The position numbers and the translations under genes were made by a program. Positions 1 to 5,982 of a stretch of DNA of 5,982 nucleotides are shown here, one piece after another. Source of the DNA: a virus (taxonomy: Duplodnaviria > Heunggongvirae > Uroviricota > Caudoviricetes); the IMG/VR virus record IMGVR_UViG_2657245439_000004. The stretch is one strand, 5' to 3'. The notes beneath the pieces are model-generated. The model ran no database searches and was not told where the DNA came from. It saw only the letters and a list, made by a program, of their open reading frames with translations. Positions within the stretch are counted from its first letter, which is position 1. The number at the start of each line of letters is the position of its first letter.

Positions 1-50
1 AAAGGGCCTTCCCGAGAGTGGTAAAGGAGAGGCCCTGGAAATACCCCACA

Positions 51-89
51 GCCCCGAAAAAGAGCCAGTCAGTTGCTTAACTGACTGGC
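51..89 (-). terminator. Putative Rho-independent terminator downstream of J: perfect 11-bp stem (64-74 / 79-89) with 4-nt loop, followed on the minus strand by TCTTTTTCGGGG
   Basis: Seen in sequence: + strand 64-74 gccagtcagtt and 79-89 aactgactggc are exact reverse complements with loop gctt (75-78). On the minus strand the hairpin is immediately followed by tcttttt (complement of + 56-63), about 40 nt after the J stop codon (131-133). No T-tract follows the hairpin on the + strand, so it is unidirectional. Confidence 0.6.
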
Positions 90-130
90 ATTACACCATT
101 TCTGGTGCCCTTATATGGGTTATAACAATT

Positions 131-3100
131 TCAACGAATACTGATGCCGGAAGCGGCTTTTTTGGTCACAATCACCGTACAGTCGGTGATATTACCTGCC
201 CACTGATTGCCTTTATGGAAAACCTTAAACTCCAGAGTGACGCTTCCCCTGCCACTCGGCATATCAATAACCGCACTGTAGCTACCGGGAATGGCCCCTT
301 TAGTTTCTCTGGATGCGATTAATACACCGTTTTTGCGAACTTCAAAACCATAACCCGTGTAACTTGTACCTCCCGGGTTATTACCACTTCCCGGATAGCT
401 ATACGCTATTCCGTTAAAGATAATGGGCGGAATAATGATTTGACGGTCAAAGTTATGATCATCGCTGATGGTGACTGTAACCGTCCCGTTTGGTGTTTCC
501 GTGTTACCCCACGTACCAGCCTGTTTCGGAAATGATTTGGATACAGCTTTAACGAAATCCCCTCTGACTTGGGTCGCCTCCAGCATGCCCTTAATCGTAC
601 AGTTTTCATTTACCGTGACATTGTTGAGCGTCCCGGCGTTCGCATTCACACTGCCACTGATATCCGCATTTTTAGCAGTCAGCTTTCCGTCCGGTGTCAG
701 GGAAAATGCCGGTGGATTGCCACCGCTGGTAATAGTGGGGGCCGTCAGGCGTTTCAGGAACACGTCATTCATGAATATCTGGTTGCCCTGCGCCACAAAC
801 ATCGGCGTTTCATTCCCGTTTGCCGGGTCAATAAACGCGATACGGTTAGCGGCAACCAGAAACTGGCTCAGCTTGCCTTCCTCCGCGTCCTCCATGCTGA
901 GGCCAATACCCGCGACATAATGTTTGCCGTCTTTGGTCTGCTCAATTTTGACGCCCCACATGGCATTCCATTTATCGTTAGCGTCCTTCCACTCTTTCGA
1001 AAACTCCTCCAGTTTGCTGGCGTTATCCTCCGTCAGCTCAAAGTTTTCCAGCAGTTCCTTGCCGAGATGCGTTTTATTGATCAACCCTTTATAAAAATTC
1101 AGATAACCTTCCGCATCATCGCTCGCCCGACCGACGGCCTCCACAAATGCCGATTTACCTACGGTGTTCACGCTGCGGGTATAAAAGTAATAATCATAAC
1201 CCGGCTTAATATTGATACTGGCGGCTATCCAGTACAGCGCCGTACCAAGATAACGCGCGCTGGTTTCAACCTGCCTGATATCGATAATCCGCTTTTCCGA
1301 GAACCAGAACTCAAACTGCACCGTCGGGTCATATACAGCCAGTTTCGGGACCGCTGTTATCTGAAAATACCCTGGTATCAGTTCAATAGTGACAGGCGCT
1401 GCCGGTGCCGCAATCCGGAACGATACCGATGCCGGATCGCCCTGCTGCCCCCACGCATTTACCGCCCGGACTGTCAGCGTGTAACGCCCCAGCGCCAGTT
1501 GCGTGAAGCGGTATGTGGTTTCCGTCGTCCGGGCCGTGCTGACCAGCCGCTCACTGCCGTCGTCCGCTGTTACGGTCAGACGGAGCAGGAAGCTCACGCC
1601 CTTCACCACCTTCGGTGTGTCCCATCGCGCCAGCACCTGATACTCCCCGCTGTCTGCGGTGACTTCGGCAGTCAGGTGCTGCACCGCTGGCGGCGTGACA
1701 CCATTCACCGTGCCGCTCTGGTCGCCGTCAAAGTGCGCCCCGTTATCCACGATGGCCTCTTTTTCCGGGACATGCTGCACGGCTGTGACAGCGTACGTGC
1801 CGTCGTCGTTCTCACGGACACTCACGCAGCGGAACAGGCGCTGGCGCAACGTCGGCAGCTTCAGCCCCCATACGCTGTATTCAGCAACACCGTCAGGAAC
1901 ACGGCTCACTTTTACCTTCACGCCGTCGGTGACGGACTGAACCTCCACGCTGACCGGATTGCCACTTCCGTCAACCAGGCTTATCAGCGTGGTACCGGAG
2001 GATGGCAGCGTGATTTCACGGTCGAGCGTCAGCGTCCGGGTCTGGCTGTTCACCGCCAGCACACGACCACCGGTGCTGATACCGGCATAGTCATCATCAC
2101 AGATTTCAATGACATCGCCCGGCACATGGCGAAGCCCTTCTGCGCCCACGCAGAAGTCCACGGTCTGCGTTTCCAGCAGTTCTGTTTTAATCAGCCACAG
2201 CCCGGCGCGGTGTGCCTGCCCCCGGCTGGTACAGCCAAAAGCATCCATCTTCGTGACGTTACGACCGTAACGGGCAATGGCCTGCGTATCCTCCACAAGC
2301 TCTGTCGCCGTCTCCCAGCCGTTGTTCGGGTCAATCCAGTTCACCTCAACGGCATTATGGCGGTCTTTCAGGGCGCTGAAGCTGTAGCGGAACGGCGCGC
2401 CATCATCCGGCATCACCACATTACTGCGGTTATAGGTCCACACCTTATCCGACGGTCGGTCCTGCACGAACGTCAGCGTCTGCCCGTTCCATACCGGCAT
2501 ACAGCGCATCGCCGAGCAGAAATCACTGAGCACATCCCACGCCTTGCGCTGTGTGGTCAGGTACGCATTACAGGTGATGCGCGGCTCCGTGCCGCCAAAG
2601 CCGTCCGGCACTGCCTGGTCGCAGTACTGGCCGATGACATACAGCGCCCATTTGTCCACATCCGCCGCACCAAGACGTTTCCCCATGCCGTAGCGCGGAT
2701 GGGTCAGCATATCCCACAGACACCAGGCCATGTTGTCGCTGTACGCTGGCTTGAACGTTCCGTCCCAGATACCGCTGTATTGCCGCGTCTGCGGGTTATA
2801 GTTCGACGGCACCTGCAGAATACGCCCGCGAAGATGATAATTACGGCTCACCTGCTGACTGCCGAACTGCTCCGAGTCCACCTGCACGCCGACCAGTGCC
2901 GTGTTCGGGTAGCACTGTTTCACATCGATAATTTCGGTGTATGACGACCAGAGCGTTTTGTTCTGCAGCTGGTCTGTGGTGCTGTCCGGCGTCATCCTGC
3001 GCATCCGGATACTGAACGGGCGCGGCGGCAGGTTATCCACCACCACTGAGGCCAGATACTGCGACGTGGTTTTGCCCTTAATGGTGATGTCTTTTTCTGT

Positions 3101-3544
3101 CACCCAGCCACCGTTACGTTGTATCTGAACCAGCAGGCGGACTTCCGACGGATTCCTGTCCCCCTTTGAGGTGGTTTCCACCAGTGCCTGCACACCGAAG
3201 GTAAAGCGCAGACGGTCGATATTTGCCGACGTGATGGTCCGGGTGAGCGGCGTGTCATATTTCACTTCCGTACCCAGCACCGTCTCGGAGCCGGAGGATT
3301 CAAATCCCTCCGGCGGAGTCTGCTCCTGCTCACCAGCCCGGAACACCACCGTGACACCGGAGATGTTGGTATTCCCCTCAGTGTCCAGCACCGGCGTACT
3401 GTTCAGCAGCACGCTTTTTAATCCATCCACCGGACCTTCAACCGGCCCTTCACTGATGGCATCAATCACACTCAGCAACTGCGTGGATTTCAGGTTGTCC
3501 TTCGCTTCGCGCGGGGTATGCCCCTTACTGCTGCCTTTACCCAT
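131..3544 (-). CDS. J: Lambda J-like central tail fibre / host specificity protein (tail tip attachment protein J), 1137 aa
   Basis: Single 3414-nt minus-strand ORF. N-terminus [38 protein letters not shown]... and much of the body (e.g. ...[18 protein letters not shown]..., ...[80 protein letters not shown]...) match my recollection of lambda gpJ (1132 aa). It lies immediately downstream of I, as in lambda. GGAG sits 9-12 nt upstream of the ATG at 3544. ATG start, TGA stop at 131-133. Confidence 0.92.
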   Translation of the reverse strand: MGKGSSKGHTPREAKDNLKSTQLLSVIDAISEGPVEGPVDGLKSVLLNSTPVLDTEGNTNISGVTVVFRAGEQEQTPPEGFESSGSETVLGTEVKYDTPLTRTITSANIDRLRFTFGVQALVETTSKGDRNPSEVRLLVQIQRNGGWVTEKDITIKGKTTSQYLASVVVDNLPPRPFSIRMRRMTPDSTTDQLQNKTLWSSYTEIIDVKQCYPNTALVGVQVDSEQFGSQQVSRNYHLRGRILQVPSNYNPQTRQYSGIWDGTFKPAYSDNMAWCLWDMLTHPRYGMGKRLGAADVDKWALYVIGQYCDQAVPDGFGGTEPRITCNAYLTTQRKAWDVLSDFCSAMRCMPVWNGQTLTFVQDRPSDKVWTYNRSNVVMPDDGAPFRYSFSALKDRHNAVEVNWIDPNNGWETATELVEDTQAIARYGRNVTKMDAFGCTSRGQAHRAGLWLIKTELLETQTVDFCVGAEGLRHVPGDVIEICDDDYAGISTGGRVLAVNSQTRTLTLDREITLPSSGTTLISLVDGSGNPVSVEVQSVTDGVKVKVSRVPDGVAEYSVWGLKLPTLRQRLFRCVSVRENDDGTYAVTAVQHVPEKEAIVDNGAHFDGDQSGTVNGVTPPAVQHLTAEVTADSGEYQVLARWDTPKVVKGVSFLLRLTVTADDGSERLVSTARTTETTYRFTQLALGRYTLTVRAVNAWGQQGDPASVSFRIAAPAAPVTIELIPGYFQITAVPKLAVYDPTVQFEFWFSEKRIIDIRQVETSARYLGTALYWIAASINIKPGYDYYFYTRSVNTVGKSAFVEAVGRASDDAEGYLNFYKGLINKTHLGKELLENFELTEDNASKLEEFSKEWKDANDKWNAMWGVKIEQTKDGKHYVAGIGLSMEDAEEGKLSQFLVAANRIAFIDPANGNETPMFVAQGNQIFMNDVFLKRLTAPTITSGGNPPAFSLTPDGKLTAKNADISGSVNANAGTLNNVTVNENCTIKGMLEATQVRGDFVKAVSKSFPKQAGTWGNTETPNGTVTVTISDDHNFDRQIIIPPIIFNGIAYSYPGSGNNPGGTSYTGYGFEVRKNGVLIASRETKGAIPGSYSAVIDMPSGRGSVTLEFKVFHKGNQWAGNITDCTVIVTKKAASGISIR

Positions 3545-3566
3545 TCGTCATGCTCCATAAACGACA

Positions 3567-3586
3567 AAACCGCCCGGAGGCGGTTT
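3567..3586 (-). promoter_or_regulatory. Intercistronic GC-rich stem-loop between I stop and J start (8-bp stem, 4-nt loop) followed on the minus strand by an interrupted T-tract; possible attenuator, RNA-stability or processing element
   Basis: Seen in sequence: + 3567-3574 aaaccgcc pairs with 3579-3586 ggcggttt. The minus-strand context is gaaaccgcc-tccg-ggcggttt-tgtcgtttatGGAGcatgacgaATG, i.e. the hairpin sits just upstream of the J ribosome-binding site. Function is inferred only. Confidence 0.3.
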
Positions 3587-3604
3587 CACATAAAACATTT
3601 TGCA

Positions 3605-4252
3605 TCAGCGACCAATCACCACAACCTGCCCACCGTCACCTTCGTCTGCCGTGCTGATCTCCTGAGAAACCACCCGCGACCCCACACGCATTTCACCGTA
3701 CAGAACAGGCAAAACATTGCCCTGAGCAACCATGTTATCCAGTGACGAGAAATAGGTGTTCTGCTTACCGTTATCCGTGCTGGTCGCTGTGGGCGTCCGG
3801 GCTTTCGGTGCCAGCATCTGGGCCACACCGCCCAGGATCATACTGGCTCCTGCCGCATACATGCCCGATAAAGCCGCAGCACCCAGCCAGCCTGCAGGGT
3901 TCCACCATGCCACCGCAATCAGCGCCGCCCCCAGCACAGCCTGAAATACGCCGCCACTTTTAGCCCCCGCCAGGCGCGGTACGATGTGGATCACGGCACC
4001 ATTTGCCAGCGGCTCATTAAGACGGGCAGATAATTCGGTTTCACCTGCATCACGCCCGGCAATGCGCACCTGATACCAGCCGTCATTCAGTTTCTGACGA
4101 AACGCCGGGACCTGTGTGGACAGTGCGCGGATGGCTTCAGCCCCCGTTTTCACACGAAGGTCGATGCGGCGGCCAAATCGTTGCAAATCCCCGTAAAGGC
4201 AGATGCGTGCCATGCCCGGTGACGCCAGAGGGAGTGTGTGCGTCGCTGCCAT
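3605..4252 (-). CDS. I: Lambda I-like tail assembly protein (tail tip assembly protein I), 215 aa
   Basis: Minus-strand ORF whose N-terminus MAATHTLPLASPGMARICLYGDLQRFGRRIDLRVKTGAEAIRAL... and C-terminus ...NGKQNTYFSSLDNMVAQGNVLPVLYGEMRVGSRVVSQEISTADEGDGGQVVVIGR match my recollection of lambda gpI. It sits between K and J. GAGAGG lies ~12 nt upstream of the ATG at 4252. Its 5' end overlaps the 3' end of K out of frame. The exact start is uncertain: a second in-frame ATG lies 13 codons downstream at 4213 but has no SD. Confidence 0.85.
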   Translation of the reverse strand: MAATHTLPLASPGMARICLYGDLQRFGRRIDLRVKTGAEAIRALSTQVPAFRQKLNDGWYQVRIAGRDAGETELSARLNEPLANGAVIHIVPRLAGAKSGGVFQAVLGAALIAVAWWNPAGWLGAAALSGMYAAGASMILGGVAQMLAPKARTPTATSTDNGKQNTYFSSLDNMVAQGNVLPVLYGEMRVGSRVVSQEISTADEGDGGQVVVIGR

Positions 4253-4893
4253 TTGTCGGTATACCTCTCTCGTTTGCTCAGTTGTTCAGGAATATGGTGC
4301 AGCAGCTCGCCGTCACCACAGTAAATGGCGGCATGATTCGGCACCGATGAACCAAAACAGCACAGCAGCACATCGCCCGGTTGTGCTGATGACAACGGCA
4401 CCTGATACAGCCCTGTGGCCTCCAGATTATCCAGATAGAGATTCTGACCGTTACGCCACCAGTCATCCTCACGATGAAAATCCGGCATCTCAATCCCCGC
4501 CAGATGGTAAGCGTCCCGGAACAGCGTGTAACAGTCCGTCACCCCGTGCTCAAAGCGCCGCCCGGTAAGATGTGGCACACAGCGGAACTTGTGAATCGCC
4601 CCCCGGCAGACCAGCCACCACGGCAAATCACTCTGCACCTGCAACCGCCGGTCAGCCTCACTCAGCCAGGGCAGACCACCGGGGTGGCTGTGGACCAGCG
4701 CCACAATCTCACCCTGCATCTCTGCCTGCAGCCAGTCCTCCGGAGCCATCCGGAAATAATCCTCCGGCTCACCGGAAATATTCACGCAGGGAAAATATCT
4801 TTCCCCCTCCGGCGTTCTCACCACGAAGCCGCACGACTCCGCTGGCGCACATCGCCGGGCGTGCGCCAGAATCGCTGATTCTGTCTCTGTCAT
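4150..4893 (-). CDS. K: Lambda K-like tail assembly protein with JAMM/MPN metalloprotease motif and NlpC/P60-like Cys/His domain, 247 aa
   Basis: Minus-strand ORF MTETESAILAHARRCAPAESCGF... Contains the JAMM motif E-x(n)-H-x-H-x7-S-x2-D as ...AEMQGEIVALVHSHPGGLPWLSEAD..., and downstream Cys/His residues consistent with an NlpC/P60 papain-like fold (...HGVTDCYTLFRDAY..., ...VPNHAAIY..., ...LLHHIP...). Located between L and I as in lambda. The start at 4893 is 5 nt downstream of the L stop with no clear SD, suggesting translational coupling. An internal ATG at codon 49 is an alternative start. Confidence 0.85.
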   Translation of the reverse strand: MTETESAILAHARRCAPAESCGFVVRTPEGERYFPCVNISGEPEDYFRMAPEDWLQAEMQGEIVALVHSHPGGLPWLSEADRRLQVQSDLPWWLVCRGAIHKFRCVPHLTGRRFEHGVTDCYTLFRDAYHLAGIEMPDFHREDDWWRNGQNLYLDNLEATGLYQVPLSSAQPGDVLLCCFGSSVPNHAAIYCGDGELLHHIPEQLSKRERYTDKWQRRTHSLWRHRAWHASAFTGICNDLAAASTFV

Positions 4894-4898
4894 GGGAT

Positions 4899-5597
4899 TT
4901 ACTGCGAAAGTTTGTTAATGGAAAGGAAGCCGCCAAAGTTGCCGACGTTATTGCGAAACTTACAACCGCTCAGGCATTTGCTGCATTTATCCTTCGTGAT
5001 ATCGGACGTTGGCTGGTCATATTCATCCGCGACCGCCGGACCGTGATAACCGCACTCATCGCCGCGATAGGTCCAGGTGCAGGTGTTGGCCAGCATGATA
5101 CGTCCCGGAAAAACAGCGCCATCTGTTTCCGTCGGCGTGGACAGTACAAAGGAGGCACTCACCGCGCTCAGTTCGCTGCACTGCTCGATGCGCCAGCGGC
5201 TGATCACCTCCTGCTCCGGATCGGCGTCACTGTTTCCGTTAACGAAGTTCACCGCATCCAGAAAACGGGCGTAAACCTTACGCCGGACCACCGTTCCGCC
5301 GACCAGACTCTGCATATCTTCCGCCATCCCGGTGACCATACCGTACAGGTTAGAAACCGTCAGCGTGGGGCGCGTACTGGTGCCTTTGCCATTCAGTTCA
5401 AAACCACTCCCCTGAATGGGATACGGCTGATACTGTCGCCCCTGCCAGGTGACCGGCTCACCTTTTTCGTTCTGCTCATTACAGAAAAAATAACGTTCTC
5501 CACCGACCTCTGTCAGGTCGATTTCCCAGAGCACCACGCTGACCGACTGCTCCGCACGGGTGCATTCATTCAGTGTTTCCTGCCGGATATCCTGCAT
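4899..5597 (-). CDS. L: Lambda L-like minor tail protein (tail tip assembly protein L), 232 aa, with C-terminal cysteine cluster
   Basis: Minus-strand ORF MQDIRQETLNECTRAEQSVSVVLWEIDLTEVGGERYFFCNEQNEKGEPVTWQGRQYQPYPIQGSGFELNGKG..., the same length as lambda gpL (232 aa) and matching it as I recall. C-terminal Cys residues (...TCTWTYRGDECGYHG...KDKCSKCLSGCKF...) are consistent with the reported Fe-S binding of gpL. Its ATG (5595-5597) overlaps the TGA of the M reading frame as ATGA. Confidence 0.9.
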   Translation of the reverse strand: MQDIRQETLNECTRAEQSVSVVLWEIDLTEVGGERYFFCNEQNEKGEPVTWQGRQYQPYPIQGSGFELNGKGTSTRPTLTVSNLYGMVTGMAEDMQSLVGGTVVRRKVYARFLDAVNFVNGNSDADPEQEVISRWRIEQCSELSAVSASFVLSTPTETDGAVFPGRIMLANTCTWTYRGDECGYHGPAVADEYDQPTSDITKDKCSKCLSGCKFRNNVGNFGGFLSINKLSQ

Positions 5598-5925
5598 CAG
5601 TTCACCACCTGTTCAAACTCTGCGCTGAACTCAACACGCAGCATACTGACCCGTGACGACCATTTTGCGCAGGTCACCTTTATCTGCCGCCACTCATAAG
5701 GCGGCGTCCACAGAAAGGATTTCCAGCCCCGTGCTCAGCCAGAAACGACTCAAGCGCCGTGGCCTCCCAACGGGGAACAGAAAACGTCACGCTGTACGTT
5801 TTCAGGTTGGCATTCAGCCCGGCAGGCGCTCGCTGGGAATAACCATCACCAAAGCGCACCTTTCTTACAGAAGGGGCCGAAGCCACATCCATACCGGGTT
5901 TCACTTTCCAGCGGAAGGTTTTCAT
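5597..5925 (-). pseudogene. M: Lambda M-like minor tail protein gene disrupted by a 1-nt frameshift in a G-run (C-run 5727-5730 on + strand); could be a true pseudogene or a homopolymer sequencing error. The intact in-frame N-terminal ORF is 5680-5925 (81 aa)
   Basis: Seen in sequence: the ORF from ATG 5925 encodes MKTFRWKVKPGMDVASAPSVRKVRFGDGYSQRAPAGLNANLKTYSVTFSVPRWEATALESFLAEHG and then runs into ...AGNPFCGRRLMSGGR* (stop 5680-5682). A second frame, open from 5734, encodes GWKSFLWTPPYEWRQIKVTCAKWSSRVSMLRVEFSAEFEQVVN* and ends at TGA 5597-5599, overlapping the L start (ATGA). The span 5597-5925 is 329 nt, one short of the 330 nt needed for 109 codons plus stop. Adding one G to the GGGG run would join 66 + 43 = 109 aa, the length of lambda gpM. 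Confidence 0.7.
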
Positions 5926-5982
5926 CGTCCACCTCCGGAGAACAGGCCACCATCACGCATCTGTGTCTGAATTTCATCCTGC
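5922..5982 (-). CDS. H: 3' end (last ~19 codons) of the upstream tail gene, by synteny the tape measure protein (lambda H-like); partial, runs off the window edge
   Basis: The minus-strand frame entering the window at 5981 is open and reads ...QDEIQTQMRDGGLFSGGGR*, with its TGA (5922-5924) overlapping the M ATG (5923-5925) as ATGA. In lambda the gene immediately upstream of M is H. I could not check the peptide identity from memory, so this call rests on position and synteny. Confidence 0.45.
   Translation of the reverse strand, partial: QDEIQTQMRDGGLFSGGGR

Noticed and set aside
3-36. Imperfect inverted repeat agggcct ... aggccct with a ~20-nt loop near the window start
   Set aside because: Short stem with a long loop and no adjacent T-tract or obvious partner gene. 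It cannot be distinguished from chance and is cut off by the window edge.
569-2944. 791-aa plus-strand ORF lying entirely inside and antisense to J
   Set aside because: It is wholly embedded in the well-supported J gene. Its translation is Arg/His/Cys/Pro-rich and low-complexity (e.g. ...[14 protein letters not shown]...), typical of antisense frames in GC-rich, codon-biased genes. There is no recognisable start context or domain signature.
406-4878. Numerous short ORFs (62-150 aa) on both strands nested within J, I and K (e.g. 468-920 +, 1659-1940 +, 3171-3560 +, 3616-3828 -, 4278-4493 -, 4474-4878 +)
   Set aside because: All are nested within or antisense to the large, well-supported tail genes and have no start signals or recognisable motifs. 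They are expected by chance at this GC content.
4150-4893. Possibility that K at 247 aa carries an unusual N-terminal extension relative to lambda gpK
   Set aside because: My memory of the lambda gpK length is not reliable enough to call this. The N-terminal segment is contiguous and in frame with the JAMM motif and the ORF starts right after the L stop, as expected for a coupled gene, so I only flag start-site uncertainty.
4572-5699. 375-aa plus-strand ORF antisense to K, L and the 3' end of M
   Set aside because: It spans three independently supported minus-strand genes and their junctions. The composition is Pro/Ala/Arg-rich with no recognisable motif, so it is a spurious antisense frame.
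5653-5970. 105-aa plus-strand ORF antisense to M and the H 3' end
   Set aside because: Antisense to genes with clear lambda-like products and an Arg-rich, low-complexity translation; no support for it as a gene.
1-5982. Searched for CRISPR repeats, tRNA/rRNA genes, IS elements, integrase/att sites, toxin-antitoxin or defence-system signatures
   Set aside because: No direct repeat arrays, no tRNA-like structures, no transposase-like or integrase-like ORFs and no terminal inverted repeats are visible. The window is fully occupied by tail genes.

Overview
This window is the distal end of a lambda-like (lambdoid siphovirus) tail assembly module, almost certainly from an enterobacterial prophage or phage, with every gene on the minus strand. 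Reading 5'->3' on the minus strand (high to low coordinates), the order is: the last ~19 codons of the tape-measure gene (H-like), M (minor tail protein, disrupted by a 1-nt frameshift in a homopolymer), L (minor tail protein with a C-terminal Cys cluster), K (JAMM/MPN + NlpC/P60 tail assembly protein), I (tail assembly protein), and a 1137-aa J-like central tail fibre / host specificity protein, followed by a hairpin plus T-tract that looks like an intrinsic terminator. The genes are tightly packed with lambda-like junctions: H/M and M/L share ATGA stop-start overlaps, L and K are 5 nt apart, and K/I overlap out of frame by ~100 nt. I see no CRISPR array, tRNA, rRNA or insertion sequence, and no evidence of a novel or undescribed system: the window is fully explained by a canonical H-M-L-K-I-J block. 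The points most worth a second look are the M frameshift, the host-range-determining C-terminus of J, and the K/I pair. All long plus-strand ORFs in the track are antisense to these genes and I treat them as spurious. All homology statements come from my recollection of the phage lambda proteins, not from a database search.
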